A stretch of DNA of 64,000 bases, from the NCBI RefSeq assembly GCF_003334815.1, contig NZ_QOWO01000012.1; one strand, given 5' to 3'. Positions 14,118 through 28,796 of this stretch are shown piece after piece. Source of the stretch: Escherichia coli. Its GTDB lineage: Bacteria > Pseudomonadota > Gammaproteobacteria > Enterobacterales > Enterobacteriaceae. The notes under the pieces are model-generated. The model was not told where the DNA came from. It saw only the letters and a list, made by a program, of their open reading frames with translations, and searched no databases. The position numbers and the translations under genes are program-made. Within the stretch, counting starts at the first letter, position 1; each line of letters opens with the position of its first letter.

Positions 14118-15044
14118 ATGACTGAACAACAAATTAGCCGAACTCAGGCGTGGCTGGAAAGTTTACGACCTAAAACCCTCCCCCTCGCCTTTGCTGCAAT
14201 TATCGTCGGGACAGCGCTGGCATGGTGGCAAGGTCACTTCGATCCGCTGGTCGCCCTGCTGGCACTAATTACCGCCGGGCTATTACAGATCCTTTCTAAC
14301 CTCGCCAATGATTACGGCGATGCGGTAAAAGGCAGCGATAAACCTGACCGCATTGGGCCGCTACGCGGCATGCAAAAAGGGGTCATTACCCAGCAAGAGA
14401 TGAAACGGGCGCTCATTATTACCGTCGTGCTCATCTGTCTCTCCGGGCTGGCATTGGTTGCAGTGGCATGCCATACGCTGGCCGATTTTGTCGGTTTCCT
14501 GATTCTTGGCGGGTTGTCGATCATTGCCGCTATCACCTACACCGTGGGCAATCGTCCTTATGGTTATATCGGTCTGGGTGATATTTCCGTACTGGTTTTC
14601 TTTGGCTGGTTGAGTGTCATGGGGAGCTGGTATTTACAGGCTCATACATTGATTCCGGCACTGATCCTTCCGGCGACCGCATGCGGCCTGCTGGCAACGG
14701 CAGTACTGAATATTAATAACCTGCGTGATATCAATAGCGACCGCGAAAATGGCAAAAACACGCTGGTGGTGCGCTTAGGTGAAGTGAACGCGCGTCGTTA
14801 TCATGCCTGCCTGCTGATGGGCTCGCTGGTGTGTCTGGCGCTGTTTAATCTCTTTTCGCTGCATAGCCTGTGGGGCTGGCTGTTCCTGCTGGCGGCACCA
14901 TTACTGGTGAAGCAAGCCCGTTATGTGATGCGGGAAATGGACCCGGTGGCGATGCGACCAATGCTGGAACGTACTGTCAAGGGAGCGTTACTGACTAACC
15001 TGCTGTTTGTTTTAGGGATATTCCTAAGCCAGTGGGCAGCATAA
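14118..15044 (+). CDS. menA: 1,4-dihydroxy-2-naphthoate octaprenyltransferase
   Basis: 308 aa from MTEQQISRTQAWLESLRPKTLPLAF; polytopic membrane UbiA-family protein; ORF track uses an upstream TTG. Confidence 0.93.
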   Translation: MTEQQISRTQAWLESLRPKTLPLAFAAIIVGTALAWWQGHFDPLVALLALITAGLLQILSNLANDYGDAVKGSDKPDRIGPLRGMQKGVITQQEMKRALIITVVLICLSGLALVAVACHTLADFVGFLILGGLSIIAAITYTVGNRPYGYIGLGDISVLVFFGWLSVMGSWYLQAHTLIPALILPATACGLLATAVLNINNLRDINSDRENGKNTLVVRLGEVNARRYHACLLMGSLVCLALFNLFSLHSLWGWLFLLAAPLLVKQARYVMREMDPVAMRPMLERTVKGALLTNLLFVLGIFLSQWAA

Positions 15045-15136
15045 CTGACAAATATCAATTAACAATTGATGATTTTGCCAACAGCCCACATAGCGCGATA
15101 TACTGAAAATTCTCGCAGCAACTGAATGTTAAGCCT

Positions 15137-15622
15137 ATGAAATACGATACTTCCGAGCTTTGTGACATCTATCAAGAAGATGTTAACGTCGTGGAACCGC
15201 TGTTCTCCAACTTTGGCGGACGGGCGTCGTTTGGCGGACAAATAATCACGGTAAAATGTTTCGAGGACAACGGGTTGCTGTACGATCTGCTCGAACAGAA
15301 TGGCCGTGGTCGTGTTCTTGTCGTCGATGGCGGTGGTTCTGTTCGTCGCGCACTGGTCGATGCTGAACTGGCGCGTCTGGCAGTACAAAATGAATGGGAA
15401 GGTCTGGTCATTTACGGCGCGGTGCGTCAGGTAGATGACCTGGAAGAGTTGGATATCGGCATCCAGGCGATGGCGGCAATTCCGGTTGGTGCCGCTGGCG
15501 AAGGCATTGGCGAAAGCGATGTCCGCGTCAATTTTGGCGGTGTCACCTTCTTCTCCGGCGACCATCTTTATGCCGACAATACCGGGATTATTCTTTCAGA
15601 AGATCCGCTGGATATTGAATGA
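15137..15622 (+). CDS. rraA: Regulator of RNase E activity A
   Basis: 161 aa [35 protein letters not shown]. Confidence 0.95.
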
Positions 15623-15627
15623 TAAGA

Positions 15628-15653
15628 AAGGCACCGCAAGGTGCCTTTTTTCT
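15628..15653 (+). terminator. Rho-independent terminator after rraA
   Basis: aaaGGCACCGCAAGGTGCCttttttct. Confidence 0.85.
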
Positions 15654-15706
15654 GCGTTACCTGTTGGCCTACACAGTAAAGAAATTACGCGGAAGATGAA
15701 GCGTAA

Positions 15707-18753
<3,047 letters not shown>

Positions 18754-18887
18754 TGTAAATGCCGAATGAAGCGTTTATGCCGCATCCGGTAGTCCCGAAA
18801 CGTGCGGGGGCAACCCCGCACACATCAATAATCCCTCCCTTCCCCTGTGCTACACTTCGCGCCATTCCTTACTGCTTAGAGTTTGCT

Positions 18888-19898
18888 ATGAGACGAGAAC
18901 TTGCCATCGAATTTTCCCGCGTCACCGAATCAGCGGCGCTGGCTGGCTACAAATGGTTAGGACGCGGCGATAAAAACACCGCGGACGGCGCGGCGGTAAA
19001 CGCCATGCGTATTATGCTCAACCAGGTCAACATTGACGGCACCATCGTCATTGGTGAAGGTGAAATCGACGAAGCACCGATGCTCTACATTGGTGAAAAA
19101 GTCGGTACTGGTCGCGGCGACGCGGTAGATATTGCTGTTGATCCGATTGAAGGCACGCGCATGACGGCGATGGGCCAGGCTAACGCGCTGGCGGTGCTGG
19201 CAGTAGGCGATAAAGGCTGCTTCCTCAATGCGCCGGATATGTATATGGAGAAGCTGATTGTCGGGCCGGGAGCCAAAGGCACCATTGATCTGAACCTGCC
19301 GCTGGCGGATAACCTGCGCAATGTAGCGGCGGCGCTCGGCAAACCGTTGAGCGAACTGACGGTAACGATTCTGGCTAAACCACGCCACGATGCCGTTATC
19401 GCTGAAATGCAGCAACTCGGCGTACGCGTATTTGCTATTCCGGACGGCGACGTTGCGGCCTCAATTCTCACCTGTATGCCAGACAGCGAAGTTGACGTGC
19501 TGTACGGTATTGGTGGCGCGCCGGAAGGCGTAGTTTCTGCGGCGGTGATCCGCGCATTAGATGGCGACATGAACGGTCGTCTGCTGGCGCGTCATGACGT
19601 CAAAGGCGACAACGAAGAGAATCGTCGCATTGGCGAGCAGGAGCTGGCACGCTGCAAAGCGATGGGCATCGAAGCCGGTAAAGTATTGCGCCTGGGCGAT
19701 ATGGCGCGCAGCGATAACGTCATCTTCTCTGCCACCGGTATTACCAAAGGCGATCTGCTGGAAGGCATTAGCCGCAAAGGCAATATCGCGACTACCGAAA
19801 CGCTGCTGATCCGCGGCAAGTCACGCACCATTCGCCGCATTCAGTCCATCCACTATCTGGATCGCAAAGACCCGGAAATGCAGGTGCACATCCTCTGA
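18888..19898 (+). CDS. glpX: Fructose-1,6-bisphosphatase class II
   Basis: 336 aa from MRRELAIEFSRVTESAALAGYKWLGRGDKNTADG. Confidence 0.95.
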   Translation: MRRELAIEFSRVTESAALAGYKWLGRGDKNTADGAAVNAMRIMLNQVNIDGTIVIGEGEIDEAPMLYIGEKVGTGRGDAVDIAVDPIEGTRMTAMGQANALAVLAVGDKGCFLNAPDMYMEKLIVGPGAKGTIDLNLPLADNLRNVAAALGKPLSELTVTILAKPRHDAVIAEMQQLGVRVFAIPDGDVAASILTCMPDSEVDVLYGIGGAPEGVVSAAVIRALDGDMNGRLLARHDVKGDNEENRRIGEQELARCKAMGIEAGKVLRLGDMARSDNVIFSATGITKGDLLEGISRKGNIATTETLLIRGKSRTIRRIQSIHYLDRKDPEMQVHIL

Positions 19899-19920
19899 TT
19901 GATTTGATCGATTGAGCCTT

Positions 19921-19948
19921 CCAGTCCTTCGGGACTGGAATTTTTTTG
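19921..19948 (+). terminator. Rho-independent terminator after glpX
   Basis: CCAGTCCttcGGGACTGGaattttttt. Confidence 0.85.
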
Positions 19949-19994
19949 TTCGGAGAACGAAGATAAGGCAAGTCAATCAAAACAGGAGAAAAAC

Positions 19995-20741
19995 ATGGCT
20001 GATTGGGTAACAGGCAAAGTCACTAAAGTGCAGAACTGGACCGACGCCCTGTTTAGTCTCACCGTTCACGCCCCCGTGCTTCCGTTTACCGCCGGGCAAT
20101 TTACCAAGCTTGGCCTTGAAATCGACGGCGAACGCGTCCAGCGCGCCTACTCCTATGTAAACTCGCCCGATAATCCCGATCTGGAGTTTTACCTGGTCAC
20201 CGTCCCCGATGGCAAATTAAGCCCACGACTGGCGGCACTGAAACCAGGCGATGAAGTGCAGGTGGTTAGCGAAGCGGCAGGATTCTTTGTGCTCGATGAA
20301 GTGCCGCACTGCGAAACGCTATGGATGCTGGCAACCGGTACAGCGATTGGCCCTTATTTATCGATTCTGCAACTAGGTAAAGATTTAGATCGCTTCAAAA
20401 ATCTGGTCCTGGTGCACGCCGCACGTTATGCCGCCGACTTAAGCTATTTGCCACTGATGCAGGAACTGGAAAAACGCTACGAAGGAAAACTGCGCATTCA
20501 GACGGTGGTCAGTCGGGAAACGGCAGCGGGGTCGCTCACCGGACGGATACCGGCATTAATTGAAAGTGGGGAACTGGAAAGCACGATTGGCCTGCCGATG
20601 AATAAAGAAACCAGCCATGTGATGCTGTGCGGCAATCCACAGATGGTGCGCGATACACAACAGTTGCTGAAAGAGACCCGGCAGATGACGAAACATTTAC
20701 GTCGCCGACCGGGCCATATGACAGCGGAGCATTACTGGTAA
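19995..20741 (+). CDS. fpr: Ferredoxin/flavodoxin-NADP+ reductase
   Basis: 248 aa MADWVTGKVTKVQNWTDALFSLTVHAPVLPFTAGQFTKLG. Confidence 0.95.
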   Translation: MADWVTGKVTKVQNWTDALFSLTVHAPVLPFTAGQFTKLGLEIDGERVQRAYSYVNSPDNPDLEFYLVTVPDGKLSPRLAALKPGDEVQVVSEAAGFFVLDEVPHCETLWMLATGTAIGPYLSILQLGKDLDRFKNLVLVHAARYAADLSYLPLMQELEKRYEGKLRIQTVVSRETAAGSLTGRIPALIESGELESTIGLPMNKETSHVMLCGNPQMVRDTQQLLKETRQMTKHLRRRPGHMTAEHYW

Positions 20742-20745
20742 GCGG

Positions 20746-21174
20746 TTACTTATCGATAAACGGCACGATGAGCAAATCCGCACTCATCTTATTGATCATC
20801 CCGCGATATGCCGGCATCAAACGGTTGATAAATGAGTGATGATGACCACAGACAAGGAGGTCGCACTGCTCTTTTTGCATAATTTCCAGCAGTGTTTCCG
20901 GCATTTCTCCGCGTTCAATACGCAGTTTTGTCTTCGGCCATTGAATATTTTTCGTCAGTTTATACAGCTTGTTATCCGACTTATTCTTCAACAATTGAAG
21001 AATATCTTCTGTTGCAGGGAAGTAGATACCCGGATACAACTCGCTTAAGCCATCATCAATATGAATTAACGTCAGGTGAGCGTCATTATGTCTGGCGAGC
21101 TCCAGGGCTTTATTCACCAGTAAGGCATCTTCTTCATTCCCGGAAATTGCCACGCCAATGTGTTTATAAGCCAT
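20746..21174 (-). CDS. uspD: Universal stress protein D
   Basis: 142 aa [42 protein letters not shown]; Usp fold. Confidence 0.92.
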
Positions 21175-21200
21175 GTTTAACTCCTTCTAAAGCAACTCCA

Positions 21201-21500
21201 TCAAGCTAACGAACGCAGTGATAACTCAAAAATAATCATCTCGGCCTGGCATGAGAAAGTGAAGGCCGCATCAAGCTCAACTTGCCCCTCCAGATCCTTA
21301 ATCTTATAGGCCACGCTGGCCCCTTCATCTGCAGAGGATGTAGCGGCGGCAAGCTCTTTCAGTTTGGTCATAAAAGACTCTGCTTCTTCGCGGGTGGCAA
21401 AAAAGCGCGAAAACTTACTGGTACAGTTGTCGTTATCAATCACCGTACCGATATCAATCGCACATCCTTTAGTACTGCATTTATCTACGACATCTTTCAT
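21201..21500 (-). CDS. yiiS: Uncharacterized protein YiiS (UPF0381/DUF406)
   Basis: 99 aa ORF; position next to uspD. Confidence 0.85.
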
Positions 21501-21711
21501 AGGGCACCTCTGTATATTCGCCTCTCTGTCGATTACGACTTAAGAATAATGCGCCGTTAAGGGAAGAACAAACAAGTAATGATCTTATGGATTACCATTT
21601 TTTTTGATATTGCTTAAGGTGAAGAGTTCAGAAGGATTTTCCGGGTATTGTCATTTGCATCGTGGAAATAACAATCCCGGAAAAAAATAGCAGTAAGAGA
21701 TATATTAAAGG

Positions 21712-22152
21712 TTAATTACTTGATTTATTGTCGGCTTTATACTTCACATCCTGAGTATCTTTACCATATTTATTTTCGCCTTGTGTGCCAACAAACGCAC
21801 CAAGATCGATAAGCATCATCACCAGAATCAACGTCGGGACAAAACGCCCCACCGCCCATTGCCAGACACCCGGTAAAATCGCCCAGTTACCCGCCAGCAG
21901 CATCCACGCCACAATCATCAGAAATGCCCATGCGCCGGAACGCCCGCGATCATGCAAGCGCTTAACAGTTACTGCCGCTGTTGGCCAGAGCAAGCACACA
22001 AGGCAAAACGCCGCGGTCTGAATATCGAGTAGATTCTTACCCGCCAGTGAGAAAAGCACCAGCATGCCTGCGAACCACAGGCCTATCCAAATCCAGAAAT
22101 CACGGCGTCCAATACGCCCTTTAAATGAGAATAACCATTGCTGTATGGTCAT
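21712..22152 (-). CDS. yiiR: Uncharacterized inner-membrane protein YiiR (DUF805)
   Basis: 146 aa, hydrophobic, MTIQQWLFSFKGRIGRRDFWIWIGLWFAGMLVLF. Confidence 0.85.
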   Translation of the reverse strand: MTIQQWLFSFKGRIGRRDFWIWIGLWFAGMLVLFSLAGKNLLDIQTAAFCLVCLLWPTAAVTVKRLHDRGRSGAWAFLMIVAWMLLAGNWAILPGVWQWAVGRFVPTLILVMMLIDLGAFVGTQGENKYGKDTQDVKYKADNKSSN

Positions 22153-22252
22153 GTAAGTTCCTTGATGGTTGTCTTTTCCAGGATTCTACCCTTTTGACAA
22201 GGGCGACAGATATCGTTTTAATCGGAGCCAGTCATAACAAAAGGTACTGTCA

Positions 22253-22852
22253 ATGAAGCCAGGGTGTACGCTGTTTTTTCTCTTATGTTCTGCATTAACC
22301 GTTACAACAGCGGCGCATGCACAAACACCAGATACGGCAACGACCGCGCCTTATCTGCTGGCTGGAGCCCCTACTTTCGATCTCTCCATCAGCCAGTTTC
22401 GAGAAGACTTTAACAGCCAGAATCCCAGCCTGCCACTGAACGAATTTCGTGCCATCGACAGCAGTCCCGACAAAGCCAATCTCACTCGTGCTGCAAGTAA
22501 AATTAATGAGAACTTGTATGCTTCTACAGCGCTGGAGCGCGGTACCTTAAAAATCAAAAGCATTCAAATGACCTGGCTACCCATCCAGGGGCCAGAGCAA
22601 AAAGCCGCGAAAGCGAAAGCTCAGGAATACATGGCAGCGGTGATCCGCACACTCACCCCATTAATGACCAAAACACAAAGCCAGAAAAAACTGCAGTCGC
22701 TACTAACGGCGGGGAAAAACAAACGTTATTACACCGAGACAGAAGGTGCACTGCGTTATGTTGTCGCGGACAACGGCGAAAAGGGGCTGACCTTCGCTGT
22801 TGAACCGATTAAGCTGGCGCTATCTGAATCGCTTGAAGGTTTGAATAAATGA
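22253..22852 (+). CDS. yiiQ: Uncharacterized secreted protein YiiQ (DUF1454)
   Basis: 199 aa with signal peptide MKPGCTLFFLLCSALTVTTAAHA. Confidence 0.85.
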   Translation: MKPGCTLFFLLCSALTVTTAAHAQTPDTATTAPYLLAGAPTFDLSISQFREDFNSQNPSLPLNEFRAIDSSPDKANLTRAASKINENLYASTALERGTLKIKSIQMTWLPIQGPEQKAAKAKAQEYMAAVIRTLTPLMTKTQSQKKLQSLLTAGKNKRYYTETEGALRYVVADNGEKGLTFAVEPIKLALSESLEGLNK

Positions 22853-22959
22853 CAAAAAGCAAAGCCTTTGTGCCGATGAATCTCTATACTGTTTCACAGA
22901 CCTGCTGCCCTGCGGGGCGGCCATCTTCCTTTATTCGCTTATAAGCGTGGAGAATTAAA

Positions 22960-23727
22960 ATGCGACATCCTTTAGTGATGGGTAACTGGAAACTGAACGG
23001 CAGCCGCCACATGGTTCACGAGCTGGTTTCTAACCTGCGTAAAGAGCTGGCAGGTGTTGCTGGCTGTGCGGTTGCAATCGCACCACCGGAAATGTATATC
23101 GATATGGCGAAGCGCGAAGCTGAAGGCAGCCACATCATGCTGGGTGCGCAAAACGTGGACCTGAACCTGTCCGGCGCATTCACCGGTGAAACCTCTGCTG
23201 CTATGCTGAAAGACATCGGCGCACAGTACATCATCATCGGTCACTCTGAACGTCGTACTTACCACAAAGAATCTGACGAACTGATCGCGAAAAAATTCGC
23301 GGTGCTGAAAGAGCAGGGCCTGACTCCGGTTCTGTGCATCGGTGAAACCGAAGCTGAAAATGAAGCGGGCAAAACTGAAGAAGTTTGCGCACGTCAGATC
23401 GACGCGGTACTGAAAACTCAGGGTGCTGCGGCATTCGAAGGTGCGGTTATCGCTTACGAACCTGTATGGGCAATCGGTACTGGCAAATCTGCAACTCCGG
23501 CTCAGGCACAGGCTGTTCACAAATTCATCCGTGACCACATCGCTAAAGTTGACGCTAACATCGCTGAACAAGTGATCATTCAGTACGGCGGCTCTGTAAA
23601 CGCGTCTAACGCTGCAGAACTGTTTGCTCAGCCGGATATCGACGGCGCGCTGGTTGGTGGTGCTTCTCTGAAAGCTGACGCCTTCGCAGTAATCGTTAAA
23701 GCTGCAGAAGCGGCTAAACAGGCTTAA
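22960..23727 (+). CDS. tpiA: Triosephosphate isomerase
   Basis: 255 aa [32 protein letters not shown]; active-site IIGHSERR. Confidence 0.97.
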
Positions 23728-23738
23728 GTCTGACAGGT

Positions 23739-23770
23739 GCCGGATTTCATATCCGGCACTTACTTTCCTT
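23739..23770 (+). terminator. Hairpin terminator after tpiA
   Basis: GTGCCGGATttcatATCCGGCACttactttcc. Confidence 0.65.
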
Positions 23771-23781
23771 AACTCTTCGCC

Positions 23782-24537
23782 TTAACGCAAAATCTCACAC
23801 TGATGATCCTGAATTTCCTCGGCTGAAGCACGGTTAAGCGTCAGTAGATTTCGTTGTGTCGCCAGCAATACAAATGAGTTATCACTCTGCCGTACCATCG
23901 CCAGCCCGTAGCGTCCCATATGTTCCCGCGCCTCAGGTACTTCTTCTGCCAGCATCATAAATGGGCTGCGTTGTACCAGTTCGCTTTCCGTTACCCGACG
24001 CGCCAGGTATTCATGCCCGCGCAAACCACCTGGCAGTGGCAACCAGCGGCTGCTGATGTTCGCCAGATTGTTATCCAGCTGTTTGCGCACATCAGGACGA
24101 ATACAAGAGATATGAATATGAAAATGGTTTTGCGTACGCCCGGTGCGGGAGTTGATCGCCAAAGAAACCGCGCGATCGGGAACCGGCTGGCCGTATTTTT
24201 TGCTCATAAAATCACGCGCCTGCCAAGCCAACCAAAAGAAGTTCGGCGTTGAAGGATCGGTCAACAAAGGACTTTCAGTACCGTTAATACGATACGTTGG
24301 CATCAACAGATATTGCAGTGGGCCATTAAGATCTTTTAAAACCACGTATCCGGCATTGGGTTTGACTTCCGCACATGGCGAAGGATTTTGATTTTGCTGC
24401 TGATTGGGCAAACATTCCTCAAGGACAATCTTACGTAATGTATCCGACTCTTCACCGGTTAATTTCCAGTAACCAATACCGGCAGCCACAACGGCGATAA
24501 CTATCATCACCAAAAAAAGAAGACCCGCTTTTTTCAT
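23782..24537 (-). CDS. cdh: CDP-diacylglycerol pyrophosphatase
   Basis: 251 aa from [26 protein letters not shown]; ORF track extends 64 codons upstream. Confidence 0.9.
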
Positions 24538-24592
24538 CTTTTTTTCCCTGTACCTCAAAGAGATGCAAGGGTAACGCAAAATCGTGACAAAT

Positions 24593-24632
24593 AAAAAACC
24601 CGGTCGCGAGAAACCACCGGGTTTGATAATTA
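24593..24632 (-). terminator. Rho-independent terminator after sbp (minus strand)
   Basis: minus strand reads ACCCGGTGGTTTCTCGCGACCGGGTTTTTTATTT. Confidence 0.7.
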
Positions 24633-24643
24633 TCCTGGGGAAA

Positions 24644-25633
24644 TCAGCGTTTGCTGATCTGATCGAACGTACCGCCGTTAGCAAAATGCTCTTTTTGCGC
24701 TTTCGTCCAGCCGCCGAACTCTTCATCAATGGTGAATAACTTCAGCTTTGGAAACGCATTTTCGTACTTTTTCGCCACCTCAGCGTCGCGCGGACGGTAG
24801 TAGTTTTTCGCGGCAATTTCCTGACCTTCTGGCGAGTAGAGATATTTCAGGTAGGCTTCCGCCACCTCTTTAGTACCTTTTTTCTCGACCACTTTATCGA
24901 CCACCGACACGGTTGGCTCTGCGAGGATAGACTCACTCGGCGTGACGATTTCGAATTTATCTTTCCCCAGTTCATTCGCTGCCAGCAGAGCTTCGTTTTC
25001 CCAGGCAATCAGTACATCGCCAATTCCGCGCTCGACAAAAGTGTTAGTGGAGCCACGCGCGCCAGAATCCAGAACTTCGACGTTTTTATACAGTGCCCGA
25101 ACAAAATCCTGTGCTTTTGCCTGATCGTTGTTGTTGTGATGCAGCGCGTAGCCCCAGGCTGCCAGGTAGTTCCAGCGCGCGCCACCAGAGCTTTTCGGAT
25201 TAGGCGTGATCACCGAAACACCCGGTTTAATCAGATCGTTCCAGTCATGGATCTGCTTCGGATTTCCCTTACGTACCAGGAAAACAATGGTGGAAGTGTA
25301 CGGTGCGGAGTTATCCGGCAGACGTTTGATCCACTCTTTATCAATCCGCCCGCGTTCCGCAATTGCGTCCACGTCATAGGCCAGAGCCAGCGTGACAACA
25401 TCAGCTTCAATACCGTTGATTACCGACGTCGCTTGTTTACCTGAGCCACCGTGTGACTGACGAATCACCACGTTATCACCAGTTTGCTGTTTCCAGTGGG
25501 CGCTGAATGCCTTGTTGTACTGTTCGTACAATTCGCGCGTTGGATCATATGAAACGTTAAGAAGCTGAATATCCTTTGCCATAACGCTGGTTGCCGCCAG
25601 CAAAAATGTTAACCCTACGCCCCACTTGTTCAT
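24644..25633 (-). CDS. sbp: Periplasmic sulfate-binding protein
   Basis: 329 aa with signal peptide [19 protein letters not shown]. Confidence 0.95.
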
Positions 25634-25779
25634 CGCCCGACTCTCTTATGTTGTGTTGTGATGAGCAAAGCGTGCCAGAAGGTTAACCAAACATTAAAGA
25701 ATAAAAAAAGATTGGCTATAACTTGCGGGTATATGTTGAGGGATTAAAAAGGCGGAAGAAATCCGCCTCATATTGCTGA

Positions 25780-25895
25780 CAAAGTGCGCTTTGTCCATGC
25801 CGGATGCGGCGCGAACGCCTTATCCGGCCTACAAAAGTTTGCAAATTCAATAAATTGCAGAATTCATGTAGGCCTGATAAGCGAAGCGCATCAGG
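25780..25895. repeat. REP/BIME element(s)
   Basis: tgccggatgcggcgcgaacgccttatccggcctac ... gtaggcctgataagcgaagcgcatcaggca. Confidence 0.85.
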
Positions 25896-25952
25896 CATTT
25901 TTGCTTCTGTCATCGGTTTCAGGGTAAAGGAATCTGCCTTTTTCCGAAATCA

Positions 25953-26915
25953 TTAATACAGTTTTTTCGCGCAGTCCAGCCAGTCACCTTTGAACGGACG
26001 CTTCATGTTTTCGATAGCGTCGATGATGTCGTGGTGAACCAGCTGTTCGTTCTGGATACCTACACAACGACCGCCGTAACCTGCCAGCAGCAGATCGATA
26101 GCGTAAGCGCCCATACGGGAAGCCAGAATACGGTCGTAAGGCACCGGAGAACCACCGCGCTGGATGTGGCCCAGCACAGTTGCGCGGGTTTCACGACCGG
26201 TTTCTTTCTCGATGAAATGCGCCAGTTCGTCAACATCACACATATGTTCGGTAATCGCCACGATCGCGTGTTTTTTACCTTTCGCGATACCCGCTTTGAT
26301 TTCGTTTACCAGGTCTTCACGGCTGAATTCAACTTCCGGAACCACAACGAATTCACAGCCACCGGCAATGGCCGCAGCCAACGTCAGATCTCCACAATAA
26401 CGGCCCATCACTTCCACCACGGAAATACGCTGGTGAGAAGAAGAGGTGTCACGCAGACGGTCGATCGCTTCTACAACGGTGCTCAGCGCAGTGAAGAAAC
26501 CGATAGTGTAGTCAGTGCCTTTGATGTCGTTGTCGATAGTGCCCGGCAGACCGATGCACGGGAAGCCCATTTCGGTCAGACGCATTGCACCCATGTAGGA
26601 ACCGTCACCGCCGATAACCACCAGCGCGTCGATACCACGTTTTTTCAGGTTTTCGATAGCCACGGCGCGGATGTTCTCGTCGCGGAATTCCGGGAAACGC
26701 GCAGAACCGAGGAACGTACCGCCACGGTTGATCATGTCAGACACGCTGTAACGGTCTAGCTGTACCATACGGTCTTCATACAGACCCAGATAGCCGTCAT
26801 AAATACCCATTACTTCCAGACCTTCTGTCAGCGCAGAACGAACAACCCCGCGAATTGCGGCGTTCATGCCTGGCGCATCACCGCCGCTTGTCAACACACC
26901 GATTTTCTTAATCAT
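25953..26915 (-). CDS. pfkA: 6-phosphofructokinase I
   Basis: 320 aa from [32 protein letters not shown]; GGDGS motif; ORF track extended 32 codons. Confidence 0.96.
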
Positions 26916-27095
26916 GACTACCTCTGAACTTTGGAATGCAAAATGAAATCTGTTGCCGGAAGTCTTCTTGCACATCGAAGTGATCCAACGAATGTGCAAA
27001 TAGTATAACAATCACTTCCTGCTGAATTGATTCAGGTCAGGCCAAATGGCGGTATTTTATACACAAAATGCGGGTCTGGCTCTCTTTTATACTGA

Positions 27096-27998
27096 TTATG
27101 AAAGCATAGACCGTTTACCCTCCCTGGGTACGACGGAACAGGGGTCCTGATGGATAATTACATCCGATCCCGGAAAACGCCGTAAAATAGCCTGCTCTAC
27201 CTGATCCGCCACCATATGTGCCTGAACCAAAGGCAGAGAGTCTTCCATTTCCAAATGAATCTGAATAAAGCGGGTCGGCCCTGACTGCCGCGTGCGAAGA
27301 TCGTGAGCGCCGCTAACACCCGGCCAGGAAGTCACGATATCAATAATTTCTTGCCGTTCCTCATCAGGCAATGCGCGATCCAGTAATGACTGTACCGCCT
27401 CATATCCCATGCGTAACGCGCTATATAAAATATAGATGCCGATTCCCAATGCAAACAGAGCATCGGCGCGATGCCAGCCGTACCAGGACAACCCCAGCGC
27501 CAGCAGAATTGCGCCGTTCATCATAACATCAGACTGGTAATGTAGCATATCAGCCCGCACCGCCTGGCTTTGCGTCCGCCGCACCACCCAACGCTGAAAC
27601 GAGACAAGGATAATCGTACAAATTAGCGCCACAATTGTCACGATAACCCCGACGCCTGGATCTGTCATCGGTGTTGGAGATATCAGATGTTGAATACCCG
27701 TCAAAAACAGGAATAGTGCCGAACCGGAGATAAACATACTTTGCGCCAGCGCCGCGAGGGACTCAGCTTTACCGTGACCAAACGAGTGATTATCGTCGGC
27801 AGGTTGCAGGGAATATCGCACCACCAATAAATTCGTCAACGACGCGCCGATATCCACCAGCGAATCCACCAGCGCGGCGAGAATACTCACCGACCCGGTA
27901 TACCACCATGCAAAAATTTTAATCAGCAATAGCAGCGAAGCCATCGCCGTCGCAGCAATCGCCGCCCGACTGACCAGCCGTCCATAAGATTGATTCAT
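27096..27998 (-). CDS. fieF: Cation-diffusion-facilitator Fe/Zn efflux pump FieF (YiiP)
   Basis: 300 aa from [49 protein letters not shown]. Confidence 0.95.
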
Positions 27999-28146
27999 AA
28001 ATACTCCCGCTATCAACTGACGCTAGTATAACGGAAGCAAATCATCTGCAATGCATTAAGCAGCAGGCAAATTGAGGATAAAAAAAACCCCCACAGCATG
28101 TGGGGGAAGACAGGGATGGTGTCTATGGCAAGGAAAACAGGGTTTA

Positions 28147-28647
28147 CTACTGGGAACGTGAGTTGCTACTACTCAATAGCTTCAACGATGAACTTTTTTG
28201 CCATTGCGTCACGTCACGCAACTGCTCCATTCGTTGTTGATGTTTCTCGTTTAAAACCGCTTGCTGCTCCGGCGTTAACAGGCGATACATTTGGTTGCGG
28301 ACTTTTGCCATCTCAACCTGACGAGCAATTTGCTCATTCGCCATTTTTTCTGCCTGTGCGCGCACAGCGTTTTCATCAAAATTTTCTGCGGTGACAAGGC
28401 GATGCATTGTCTCCAGTTCGCTAACATTAACAGGAGGCTGTTCGTGCCGGGCCTGTTGCATAAGATCTCGCATCTGCTGACGCTGATGTTCGGTTAAACT
28501 TATGCCGTCGAACATATGGCTCTGCGTACTGCGCTGCGTAAGTTCTTCACCCGGATGCCAGTTATCGCCTGAACCGACTTCAGCAGCGTGGCTTAATGAA
28601 CTGACTGCCAGCGTTGAGGCCATGACGGCAGCGGTAACTATGCGCAT
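28147..28647 (-). CDS. cpxP: Periplasmic Cpx pathway inhibitor/adaptor CpxP
   Basis: 166 aa from [21 protein letters not shown]; [15 protein letters not shown] repeat motif. Confidence 0.95.
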
Positions 28648-28726
28648 CATTTGCTCCCAAAATCTTTCTGTCGCGATTCAACGATAGAGAGTTTACGATT
28701 CAGGCTGCAAACATGCGTCAGGGGGT

Positions 28727-28741
28727 GTAAAACAACGTAAA
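28727..28741. promoter_or_regulatory. CpxR~P recognition site GTAAA-N5-GTAAA in the cpxP/cpxRA divergent promoter
   Basis: GTAAAacaacGTAAA seen directly; consensus is established knowledge. Confidence 0.8.
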
Positions 28742-28796
28742 GTCATGGATTAGCGACGTCTGATGACGTAATTTCTGCCTCGGAGGTATTTAAACA

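Noticed and set aside
18757-18887. REP element or terminator between glpK and glpX
   Set aside because: Only a partial REP-like half (gcgtttatgccgcatccgg) and a GC hairpin (GTGCGGGGgcaaCCCCGCAC) without a T-run; too weak to call either feature with confidence.
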